A stretch of DNA of 63,221 bases, filler included, from Sphacelaria rigidula (taxonomy: Eukaryota), in NCBI GenBank assembly GCA_964200075.2. It is 9 parts of 9 records of this genome, joined end to end, with 100 filler letters (N's around TTAATTAATTAA, not from the genome) between each part and the next. Parts side by side here need not be neighbours in the genome. Positions count along the whole stretch, not along the records: positions 21,109 to 28,044 come from CAXNAA020017331.1; positions 28,145 to 35,080 come from CAXNAA020017332.1; positions 35,181 to 42,116 come from CAXNAA020017333.1; 6 more parts are not named here. The stretch is one strand, 5' to 3'. The notes beneath the pieces were generated by a model. That model saw nothing but the letters and a program-made list of their open reading frames with translations. It ran no database searches and was not told the origin of the DNA. The position numbers and the translations under genes were made by a program. The stretch's first letter is position 1; every line of letters starts with the position of its first letter. This document shows, piece after piece, positions 25,295-36,345 of this stretch.

Positions 25295-25882
25295 TATCCG
25301 GGGGTAGAAAACTCCGTAAGTATAAGTTAAAAACCTGCGGTATATATTACAATGCCAAAGTACATCTCCAGTGCCGCTCTTCTTTCGTTGCAGATGATCC
25401 CGTCGAGATGCTACCTAATTCACGCAATTCACAACAATGTCCTCGATCTCGTAGCTCATAAGGCCAACTCTGACAAGCTTCGCATCAACTATAGACTTTG
25501 TCGGGGTAGGCACCAAAATGCAAGACGTGTAACGTGGCAGAGATGAGCTGATCTCCTGATTTCACGAAGTCGTCCCGAGGACGGAGGGGGCAGTCTCCGA
25601 GGGTGGAATACACCGTAAGTATATGTACAAAACCTGGGGTATATATCCCAACGCCACAGCATATCTGCAGTGCCGCTCTTCTTTCGTTGTAGATGATCCC
25701 GTCGAGATGCTACCTATAATTCACGCATAGTGTAATATTGCACTCGATGTCCACACTCATATGTCCAACTCTAACAAGCTTCGAATTAACTTTAGACTTC
25801 GTCGGGGAAGGCATCGAAATGCAAGGCGTGTAAAGTGGGAGAGATGAGCTGACCTCCTGATATCACGAACTCGTCCCGAGGA
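25295..25882. repeat. Diverged ~300-bp tandem duplication
   Basis: cagtgccgctcttctttcgttg.agatgatcccgtcgagatgctacc and gagatgagctga.ctcctgat.tcacgaa.tcgtcccgagga each recur ~300 bp apart. Confidence 0.85.
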
Positions 25883-25938
25883 AGGAGTGGGATACCTTTG
25901 TAAGTCAGGAGAAGACAAGTGTCTCTTATAAGGATGTT

Positions 25939-27847
25939 GTAGCTAATGCATTGGCTGGGGTCTCTCAGTATGAGTGCCAAGGGATACCATAGTGCTAACC
26001 CACCAAGCTCCCACGTGAGCAACATTATACAGACCTTAGCTACCATCAAAGCACAATACACGCAGGTTCATTTGTGTATAGTGCTGGTTGAAGACTTACA
26101 CGTTTGATAGCATCATACTATATCTACAAGCAGCTCCCTAACGCAGTACAGCCGGGACGCAGCCATAGAAGCAGAGCGTGGTGATGGCGTCAGAGTAGCT
26201 GAGCTAGGTCAGCGACCAAGGCGAAGCCAGCAAGTGAGAAGATGAGGCTTGGCTTCCAGTTAAGCTCAATATCTCGCCACAAGAATGACGATAACAAACG
26301 CGAAACAACGTGTCACAGAACTCAGGGTCTACGAGCAGACCCGCTCATCATAATATCTTGCAACACCACTTAGCTTCATCACACTAGCCCACCCTAGACG
26401 AGTCCTTATGCAGTTGAATCGACATCACCTCGGCGCAATGCGCTTGCGCCGAAAAACTTAAAAAATCAAGGAGAAAGGGCTCTTCCACACTACACTCGTA
26501 CAAAAACATGGAGCGGAGAAAAAATGAATAAGTTCTCTCTCACACCTCTATGGGTTGTCATCGCTGCGAACCGTCACATCAAACGTTCAACCCACAAGAA
26601 AAGAACGTTGTATCTACATGACACTCACCACCTATGTTGAACAAGACAACACACACGCAAGTTCATTTACAAAGTAAAGCACTAAATGATACGCACGCGT
26701 AGACTTCATATACCAACGGAATAAGGAGGGAATGCCAGACAATCCGGGAACAAGGGAGAGAAAACGCAATTGCGGCATAGCATCGCGGCAACTGCTTTGG
26801 TCGGACGCAGATCCAAGTGAGCTCTACGTCTTTGCCCAACTCCGCCCCGATACATCCATCGCGTACAGCGAGAGTGGCACACCGCTTGTTTCCGTGGCAG
26901 GGCGTTTGCATTGTCAAACCTGCCTTGAAAAAGGCGTACAACGTGAAGTACAATGCGATGGGGCGGGGGGGGATTCCGCAGAAACAGGGAGATAAAAGCA
27001 GGGGAGCAGCCCAAGTTCAGGTCTGGTGTGCCCGAAGTACGAAGTACGAAATTCAAAACCTTTGCGGGAGTGGGCACGAACCCACCCAAGACAACACTCA
27101 GGGTAAGAAGCCAAGGGTCGTTGGTGACAACTTTTCGTCCAGCGCGGTGGATCATCTATAACGTGTTATGGGCAAAAAGTCAATGTCAATTAAAAAGCCT
27201 TCGTCAGAACGCAATAACCAACTCAAAGCAATCGTCCGGCGGAAATGCGGCCTATAACAAGGGCGGTATAATTGGTAATTCCCGTTGTCACACTGGACCA
27301 CGAGCAACGGAACGATATAAGGGAACACACCGGTGTCACCAGCTGGCCAGGCTGCGCCACGGGATAGGGGAAGAACGAACAAACGAACACATCCAGATGA
27401 ATTGTCGAAACGCAGTAACTCACTTCCACCGAAAACAGTCGTCGGGCATAAATACAGCTTACAACAAGGGTGGTATAATTAGCAGTACAAGGTGTAACCA
27501 AGAACCCGTGCAACGAGAAGATGTAAGGGAGAACCCGTGCGGCGAGCTCTCTTGGCTGGCGGCAGGGGGTTAAGCAGTGACAACAACAAATACATCTGGA
27601 GAACGAGCAATCAAAATTTCAAACATGTGGGAGGCTGGGCTAAATCTACAGTCCTCTCATAGCGTGAAAATTTCGAAGACAAAATAAAGAAAAACACACT
27701 AAATGCTCAGAGGTCACGGTCAGAAATGCGACAGCGACAAAAATTTTGACTACGGATACTAGAAACGTAGTCACCAAGAAGGCGAACTCAACACAAATGG
27801 ACACGGTACCAAAACCAGTGAGAGGCTACAACGCAGCAAAGAGGAGG
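25939..27847. mobile_element. Unclassified ~1.9-kb interspersed repeat (LTR/LARD-like); other copies at 58869-60755 and, in part, 62474-62802
   Basis: Colinear homology from gtagctaatgca.tggc.ggggtctctcagtatgagtgcca through ggctacaa.gcagc.aa in two different scaffolds. No recognisable TE protein. Confidence 0.85.
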
Positions 27848-28044
27848 TGGTCCGTTCATGTACAATTGTATCGCTATTATGTGAAAAAAAGTACGGGACG
27901 GAGACAAGACTTCACAACAACGTTCGGAAATTTAGTGTACCAGAGTGCCAGCGGCAACCAACAAGAAGCACGCCGATGTACACATGTAGGACACAGCAAA
28001 ATGAGAAAGCAGCCGTGGGGGGTGGGGGGGGGGGGGGGGGGGGT

Positions 28045-28144
28045 NNNNNNNNNNNNNNNNNNNNNNNNNNNNNNNNNNNNNNNNNNNNTTAATTAATTAA
28101 NNNNNNNNNNNNNNNNNNNNNNNNNNNNNNNNNNNNNNNNNNNN
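28045..28144. other. Artificial scaffold linker
   Basis: N44-TTAATTAATTAA-N44. Confidence 0.99.
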
Positions 28145-28369
28145 TTCGTGCTTCACACGGCAAAAAAACGGCCCATTTTGTGTCTATCCGGGGCAAAGGT
28201 GGGCGCCCGTTTTTATACCGATCCGGCATAAATTCGGATTTTATGCCGGTTTCGGGCGTACAAAGGGAAAGCGGCATAAAATCCATAATTTTCGTGTACC
28301 CTGGAAAAAAACGGCATGAAATTGATTTGGCATAAAATAAATGGCATAAAATCGGGCCCACTACTGTAC

Positions 28370-30229
28370 CTGCTTTTGATACCACCATCGGAAGAAGCGC
28401 GATCGCTGCAATTGTTGCCGGCCGCGGGTCCCCCCTCGTCTCTTGCTCCGTTTTGCCGCGGGGGCATGTCTGTTCGAACCCGTTTTGTGACGGACGAATC
28501 ATGGTCTCCAGCTCTATGGTGGGAAACACAGTTCCAACTGGTGACATCTCCGCACTTCACGGCGGCGTCGATCTGTTGTGGATTGTCTCGCTTGGGTACT
28601 CGAGGACGCTCGTTGTGTGCATTTCGGTCCAGTTCACGCCACTGCGAGGCGTATATTGATTGATTGTTGTTGCCTCGACTTCTTGGCATAGCTTTCGTCC
28701 AGCTCGCAGTGTCCACGTGGTGCACCGCCTGCACATGGGGAGCCGAATGGTACGAAGCTACTCTTGGGGAAATTGCATGTGCGTCGGTGATGCCAAGTAC
28801 GACACCGTGCTCAGCATCCGCAAGTTCATGGCGAGTATCCCCACGGCAAGATGACCCACCATCAACGAAAAGTGACTTTGGGGGACTTTCACCGCCTCCC
28901 CCGTCCCCGGGAGCATTTCTGACCCCAGACACTACGCTATTGTTTGTATCGGAAGAACTCCCCGGAGTCAATCGTTGCGAGGTGGTGGCCGTGAGGGTGG
29001 AAGTATTTATCGGCTTATGTGCGATGCAGAAACCAGCGGATTGTCGATCGGATGTGTTCTTGACCTTCTCCCGCCGCCGCCGACACCCAGGGTACTTGCA
29101 TGCGGAGTTGTTCAAGTGGACCATTCCTGCATCTTTGTGCTCGGAGCAATACTTGGCGCGCTCGCCTTCGCGCCGGAATTGTGGACGCCGGGTGCACCCC
29201 GGTCGGTCGCAGATGCCGTTCTTCACGTCCACCATGGATGGTTTTTTGTGGGAAGCGCAAAATTCGGCTTTCCCTCCGGGATCCCCAAAGGTCGGGCGTG
29301 TCAAGCAACCGCTGGGGTGGATGCATCGGCGCGAGTTGACGTTAATCATATCTCCCTTTTTGTGAGACCAGCAGTACAAGGCGTGCCCACCATCAAATCC
29401 AAAGTTTCGATGCAATCTGCGGCGTCAGGTCAATATTGGGAAGCGATATGTTTTAGCGTGGCACGCGCATGTCGTTGTGGTCTGAACAGATATGTCAGAG
29501 TATATGAGCTCAAACCCTGCGTGCACGTGACACACATCCATCTTTATTCACGCTTCAGCGACCGATTTCCATGCGACCGACGCCTTGTCGAGGCTGTGCA
29601 ACCGTTTACGGCTAATGCACCGCCTTCTTAACAGCCTGTGGGGTTCCGACGTGAAGCTCGGGTATATGCTGCACCTCAATTTTGTAAAACTACCAGTCTT
29701 TCCTGTTTTTGCCCAGCACAATCGAGGAAGAACAGAACAAGCTCATTATTAGCGAACGGCATGCATGGCATCACCTGCAGGACGCATGAAGACACAGCAT
29801 ACTCTTCACATCCACCATCCCGGGCTCCTTGTGGGTCGCGCAGAACGTAGCACGGCGGCTGCCCTCGTTCCCGAAGGTTGGCTGCGTCATACACCCTGGG
29901 TATGCGCAAAGAGGGGCACGGGTAGAGACATCTATCATCCCTTCTTTCCTGTGAAGCGTGCAGGCGATTGCACGTCTCCCGACGGTTGGACCACTCCGCT
30001 TGCCCACTGTTGACCTGTAACCGCATGTTGGGCGCCGGCTACAGCCGGGCTGAAAGCACTTGTCATCGCGCTGCATCTTGTAGAAGAAGTGTTGATGTCT
30101 GTTGTGATCAAGAGTAGTAGTATCTCGCATATCCCAGGACGACAAGCCAGCGCGGTTGCTGTCGCCAGTGGGTGCTGGCGTAGGTGTTTCCATTGGATAT
30201 ACTGTTGGCATCAGAAGAGCGACTGGCAT
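28370..30229 (-). CDS. EsV-1-7 cysteine-rich repeat protein (about 6 repeats), spliced, likely partial
   Basis: Exon 30229 (start uncertain; possibly MQRDDKC)-29775 and exon 29416-28370 are joined by a phase-2 intron (AG|gtga...ctgacgccgcag|A), restoring CLHASCR-LHRNFG. Repeats of type C-x3-4-GC-x3-P-x-FG...FC-x2-HK-x2-GMVDV. Likely donor gcag|gtacag at 28370; unspliced, the ORF would run to 28213. Confidence 0.9.
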
Positions 30230-30922
30230 CCGCGCCAGAATTCGACGATGTATTTATTTGTGTGCCAGTGTCTAGTTGAAGGGACGCAGTGATGTCCACG
30301 AAGCGACGTTCGATGTACCCAGTACGCAGGAGTAGAGTCGTTATTGCTGAGGCAGCGATTCTAACGCTGCAACAGGAAGAACAGCAGCCAGCAATACGAC
30401 ATGCGACTCGCAGTCGTGCACTCCCCACTCGGAGAGACTACACCGCAACCAGTTTTTGCATGCATCTACGGGACGGGATGGGAGGGGGGGGTTGAGGAAG
30501 TATCTCTCGGCTTAGGCGAAAACCTCCAGGAATTGGTGAAGCAGGTCTGCAAAATGTGCGCTACATTCTTGACGGATGACAAGGCTTATGGTAGATGAAT
30601 TACGAATTTATCGTGGTCTCCACAACCAACTCGAGGCCTCCACCACGATCTCACAGTCTCCACGATATCGATCGTATTTAATACGTGAGGGAGAGGGAAG
30701 GAACTGGCGCAACTACAGTAATTTCACAACTGTACTACTGCCGACGTCCGCTGGTGGCAGCCACCCAGGTGGATGGGTACATCGGCGGGTGCTAGTAGTG
30801 GCTATGACTCCAGGGATGACCCATTCTGATGTACATGTATACTTGTATATATGGAGAGAGAGGGATTATATTTTGACTCAATATATTACATATTAATGGT
30901 GATGACTGCGCAGACCAGAGCA

Positions 30923-31170
30923 ATGCTACGGTAGGGGTGCACACTTTGCGCGGAGTGTTGTCTGGCTCAGGGGATCCCAAAGATTCTAGATGCACAAAAA
31001 TATGGGTGAGGTCACCCCCATTTGCAAACTCATTCAGGATGTCCCTTGCACATTGGAATAGTAATCCTGGCGTACTATCACATATTTCATACTTGTGTTT
31101 TGGATGAGATAAAGGGCTCCGAACAATTGTAACCTCAGAAAATATTTGTACACGCCTACCGTAGCATCCC
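30923..31170. mobile_element. MITE with TIR atgctacggtagg / cctaccgtagcat; partial second copy at 23366-23486
   Basis: The TIR is visible, and the right-hand ~120 bp are shared with scaffold 4. Confidence 0.65.
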
Positions 31171-31457
31171 GCACCACGTTAAGAACATCACATACAATTT
31201 CATATGAATTGCTATTTATTGTATGCATTTCCCCTCCCCAGCCCCCTGCACTAATCATGTCGGGGCCCTCACTGTGCGCGGCACAATATTCCAGCGCCGC
31301 TAAGTTCACCAGGGAGAAGTTCTGACACTAAACGATGACGCGCACTGCCATTATGCTATGGCGCCAGGTTGCGATATAAACCTCAGCAGCAGCAAATGTG
31401 TGAACTGATGGAACCCACCTACCTCCTGGCTTCCGGCCACTACAATTATCGCGATGC

Positions 31458-31488
<31 letters not shown>

Positions 31489-33065
31489 CAACACGAATAA
31501 GCGCGATACCAAGAAAGGGCTCATCGCAGGGTCTGTAGCTCTCTCCTCGCATATCAGTTCACTGAAAGACAGCCTTCGCGTACGAACAATACTGGCCCTC
31601 ACTGGCACTCCCGCCCTTTGTGAGGTTGCCCGGAGCCGGAGGATCGCGAGGATTTTTCCGATTTTGATGTATTCCTCATTTCGTTACTCGCCCCCTACCC
31701 TCTTGGCGCTATAAAGAAAGGGTGACCTTTATTGTTCTTTCCCGTGTGGAATAGTCAGAGGACTTCGTCTGATGTCTTCTTTTCCTGACACTGCTACTGT
31801 GGGACATACATATGTAGGCACTGCATGTAGGATTATGGATAAAACATGAAGGAGGGATATCACCGCGTTACTTCCAGGACAAACGGAGCGCTATTTACCC
31901 GGCCGGAAACATCACGTGGAAGGTATGAAGACTGAAGGTTATAAACTACAACAGGGTTACTATATAGCACACACATTGTACACGCATGTGTGTGTTGCTG
32001 CGGGGGCTGGATTCACATAGGTGCGATGTGGCCCCGGAAATTATATTTGCAAGGTATGGAGACCGAACCTACGCGTTTACAAACTCTAGATCTCGATGGA
32101 TTGCCTCATGGGGTATCTTATCGTGGCTTGATGAGGAATTTCGTCGGCATAACGCGGTTTTACGAAGTGATGTAGATTTCCCCCGCACCCATGTGAAAAA
32201 CGAGTGGTTCCGCAGCGCTCCCTATATGCGCTGTATTGAAAACTACAGTATCCATACCGGTGCCACAAGCGCGACACCGAAGATGGAATCCAGTGCGCAT
32301 GTATCAGGGTGGCAATATTATGTCCATATGAGTCCGAATGACTCAGCTTTGTTGCAATAAACCCCCGCCTCTATCTTGCACCCGCAATGTGCCTGTCTGT
32401 GAAAAAGTGATTCCTCCACGGACACGTGGGGAAATGTTTCCCTTCCGTGTGCGGTACGCACACGTCGAACTATTCATCACATGATCGACGCTTATTTGTC
32501 CAATACGTTTGGTATAGAACGACAAAACGCCGCCACGCGCCCGCCGTCAACTGTCTTGGTACAGTCTTGCAGGAGCATCAACCCACGTGTTAAATTAGGA
32601 CATATCGGTTGATTGATTGATTGGTTGATTGATTGATTGCGATTGATTGATGTTCAATACGTGATATATGCGCTATGAATCCAGCGTGCCGTGGTCACAC
32701 ACAAGATAGACTCCCCCCAGCAAAGTAAAGCGAGGCATTTTTCAGGCGGGGAGGTATGTGTTCTGTAGGAGCGAATTAACCGTCACAATTGGAAACTGAA
32801 TTCAAGCGAAATACACGTGAGTCCTCACTTCACCAGTAACGTGATGAATAAGTTACCACCGGTCAGTCGGTACTCGGAATGAATTTGCCCATCAAGTGTC
32901 TGACATTGCAGCGACTGGCGACTACCACGCTGAGTGAGGACTTGAGAGCCGCAACAGAAAGCACGAGCACACTTTCGGAACGACCGCACCCGTGCAACTG
33001 TCCATGATGAATGCAGTAAGGTACACGGACTGGGGACGGCACGGTATACGGTACCGCTTGGATTC

Positions 33066-33067
<2 letters not shown>

Positions 33068-33120
<53 letters not shown>

Positions 33121-33586
33121 GCGTGTGTGTGCGTGTGCGTGCGTGTGTGTTGTTCGTGTGTGTTCTCGTCCTATCTATTCTGGACGCCGGTCTCCACCTG
33201 TCGGTATAATTAAACACCTCCGGAGGGGTGCGCGGCGCTCCGAGGATATTTTTTGGTTTCCTCCAGAGGGATTCAACGCCTCCGGAGGCTTATTTTTGCC
33301 TCTGGAGGGCCGCGCATCCCCGAAATTCCTCCGGAGGGGTGCGCGACCCCCCGGGTCGGTAGAGTTTGATTTCCTCCAGAGGGATTGAAGGCCTCCGGAC
33401 GATTTGTTTTTCCCCCGGAGTGCCGCGCATTCCTCCGGAGGCATTTTGGGGTATAGCCAAATGGCCGCGTTTGTCTCCACTGTTGGGCATTGTGTGAGAA
33501 ACTCCCAGATCGCTCCGAGATTCGAACCAACCACCCAACCGTCAGAAGGCTTCGAGTTTATCAACTGAGCCACCGGGGCGACCGGC
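33068..33586 (-). mobile_element. tRNA-derived SINE with (CA)n tail, interrupted by a CTCCGGAGG-repeat insert (~33213-33470)
   Basis: Head GCCGGTCGCCCCGGTGGCTCAGTTGA...GGTTCGAATC; the tail region matches 4500-4545; (GT)n at 33068-33150. Confidence 0.8.
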
Positions 33587-34519
33587 TACATCGGTCGAGC
33601 ATATACATATTCCGTATAAGCCTTATATACATTGTTATATGTACAAGCCGCACGGGACCCGGGGCTGCACCCCGGTCCCGTTCGTCTTTTTCGGAGGTCT
33701 CGGTATTCTTGCCTTGCCAAGCCCTCGTGAGAATAGATCCTCTCTCGAAATGTTCATGCCCGCCGGAAACATTGCAGGACCACCGCGATCGCACGTCCGT
33801 TCGAACAGTCGCGAACGCATGTGTACCCCCGCACGAAGCCAAGCACGAATCTGCTGACCGGGCCCCTGGCATTGGTATTGGCCCGAAGAGTCATCTCCCG
33901 GGGCGGGTGCGGAGTAACTCGCTCACTAAAATCAGCAATAAATCTCGTGGACGCCTCGTTACCAAGTATGCTTCACGCTCGTGACTTCGACATATTCTAA
34001 ATGTATACTATAGGTTGAGGATATATATATATATCAACGAAGGGAGGATTACACAGCAGGTGAAAGTCCAAGATGTGAGGGCGTGGCCAATACGACCTAC
34101 TAGGAAGTTAGCTCGAATTCTAAGAGAGCCAAGCATTCTTTTGCGGTGTATTTCATGATAAAATTAAGCTGTACTCGCGGCGTCGAAGACGGAACACAAG
34201 CGGTGGAAACCGCAAAGCTGTTAAGGGGCTCCTTTGCACACACGCACGTGTAGATTAGACAAGAATGAGAACGTTGTTGTCAAGCACGGAATATTGTACT
34301 GTACAAAGGGATGAGGTATTCTACATAGCGAGGATACTGTACGTCGTCGCGTGAGGTAAAATCTCTGCAGGGCGCTGAAGCATCATCGTTGCGATTCCGT
34401 TCTTCTTACACATGACGTGGGCCCCGGGCCGCGAGCAGTACCGGTGGTTGCTAAGAATGGTGTAATGCGTGAGAGAACCGCGTGCTTACAGGATCGCATC
34501 GGAATTGGAACATCCCTAT

Positions 34520-34596
34520 GGTTATGGTTAGGGTTTTAGGGTCAGGGTTAGGGTTAGGGTTAGGGTTAGGGTTAGGGTTGGGGTTAGGGTCAGGGG
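34520..34596 (+). repeat. Interstitial telomere-like (TTAGGG)n tract
   Basis: About 12 units, with a perfect core and TCAGGG/TTGGGG/TTATGG variants at the edges. Confidence 0.9.
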
Positions 34597-35080
34597 CGTG
34601 GTCCCTGCAGGGACTGGCCCCATTGGTTCCAAAAAACGTCGATCCCGAGGTGTTTCGAACTATGATGCGGTCCTCTAAGCATGCGGTCCTCTCACGCATT
34701 ACAATGGCACACTACCGCTTCCTCCTGCTGCGAGTTCTCGAGTACCGCCGCGTCAGTGCATATCGACAGCCGTCGCACTAAAGGCCCTCAAGAAGATCGG
34801 ATGCCATAGTGCTAAAGCCATCGTCCGGCAACGGTGACTGCTGTTCGTGGGAGCCCTGGCTAGACAACCTGACGGACCACACTACCGGAACGGTTGGCAT
34901 TCGGGACACACGTGGGTCGGGGGGCGAGCATCCGCGACCACGGTCCCCTGAGGGACAATCTTCAAGCCTTCGGAGCCACAGACGGCTCTATACGGACGAC
35001 AACCGACAGGCGCTCGGAGTCGGGAGCATCCTCTAGCCCTCAGTAGCGACGACGAAGGGGGGGGGGGGGGGCGTCCCCAT

Positions 35081-35180
35081 NNNNNNNNNNNNNNNNNNNN
35101 NNNNNNNNNNNNNNNNNNNNNNNNTTAATTAATTAANNNNNNNNNNNNNNNNNNNNNNNNNNNNNNNNNNNNNNNNNNNN
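35081..35180. other. Artificial scaffold linker
   Basis: N44-TTAATTAATTAA-N44. Confidence 0.99.
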
Positions 35181-35322
35181 TGGCCATCATTCGCTCGTAC
35201 TCCTTGTTGGCTGTGATGTAATGCCGCCCATCTAATTGATGGCCATTGTTCGCCCATGCATTCAACATCGTCTGTGTACTGACGTCACGAAGTAACCGAC
35301 TGTCAGGGGTACTCACCATACC

Positions 35323-35914
35323 CAAGGGGTACTCTATACTCGAGTATTACTGAGAGTGCTCACTCAATATTTGAGTAGAGTATTTGAGGTCGTACTCAAC
35401 CTACTCAAAATTTGAGTAGAGGATTTGAGGCCGTACTCGACCTACTCGAAATTTGAGTATAGTATTGAGGTCATACTCAAGTGATACTCTATACTCGAGT
35501 ATTACTGGGAGTACTTACTCAAAACTTGAGTAGAGTATTTGAGACCATACTCAATCTACTCAAAATTTGAGTAGAGTATTTGAGGCCATACTCAACCTAC
35601 TCAAAATTCGAGTAGAGGATTCGAGGCCGTACTCACCTACTCGAAATTTGAGTAGAGTATTGAGGTCATACTCAAGTGATACTGTATACTCAAGTATTAC
35701 TGAGAGTGCGTACTCAACATTTGAGTGGAGTATTTGAGGTCGTACTCGACCTACTCAAAATTCGAGTAGAGTATTTGAGGCCGTACTCGACCCACTCAAA
35801 ATTTGGGTAGAGTATTTGAGGCCATGCTCGACCTACCCAAACATCGAGTAGAGTAAATACTTGAGTATTTTACTCGAGTACTCAAGAGTACATACTCTAC
35901 TCGACCTACCCTTG
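35323..35914. repeat. Palindromic ~40-bp minisatellite with higher-order structure
   Basis: Unit ctactcaaaatttgagtagagtatttgaggccgtactcgac; three blocks, each starting tact.tatactc.agtattactg. Confidence 0.9.
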
Positions 35915-36345
35915 AATTCCTTTACCGTACGGAGATAGCATCCATACGAAAATCATACTAAAATTTATCTGAAATCCCGATCGATACATTCAGTGGGTGA
36001 CGACGATTTTTGGTGTAGACATTCCCTGGGGCACGGGGAGACGGTAGATACTCTCACCTTCACCTACTTCGTTATTCATCTCGAGATATGGCGCACATAA
36101 GATTCCACACTAAAATCAATATATTACGAGCAGAGACACTAGACGAACTAAATCTGGATATCGCGTCTCAGTTTTTGAGAGTTGTGCTATGAAACTCGCA
36201 TGGAGAACCGCTAGTGCATACTAAAGTAAACAATAAAACAGTATTTTCTTTTGTCATTTTATTTTTTTGTAGGACAGTTTAGAGGAGAAGTGGACATTAC
36301 TCTTGGGCCGTATTTCAATTTTTCAGCTCGATTTTTAGAGTTGTG
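35915..36345 (+). mobile_element. Non-coding TE-derived repeat; second copy at 41702-42116
   Basis: cccgatcgatacattcag.ggg.gacgacgatttttggtgt.gacattccctgg and downstream sequence are shared between the two copies. Confidence 0.75.

Noticed and set aside
31986-32360. 124-aa ORF
   Set aside because: No motif or splice support; cannot be distinguished from a chance ORF or a decayed element.
35181-35300. Possible minus-strand exon RLLRDVSTQTMLNAWANNG...
   Set aside because: About 40 aa, truncated by the scaffold end, with no recognisable motif.
35323-35914. CRISPR-like array of palindromic repeats
   Set aside because: There are no unique spacers (the inter-palindrome sequence is itself repeated), no cas genes, and the context is eukaryotic.
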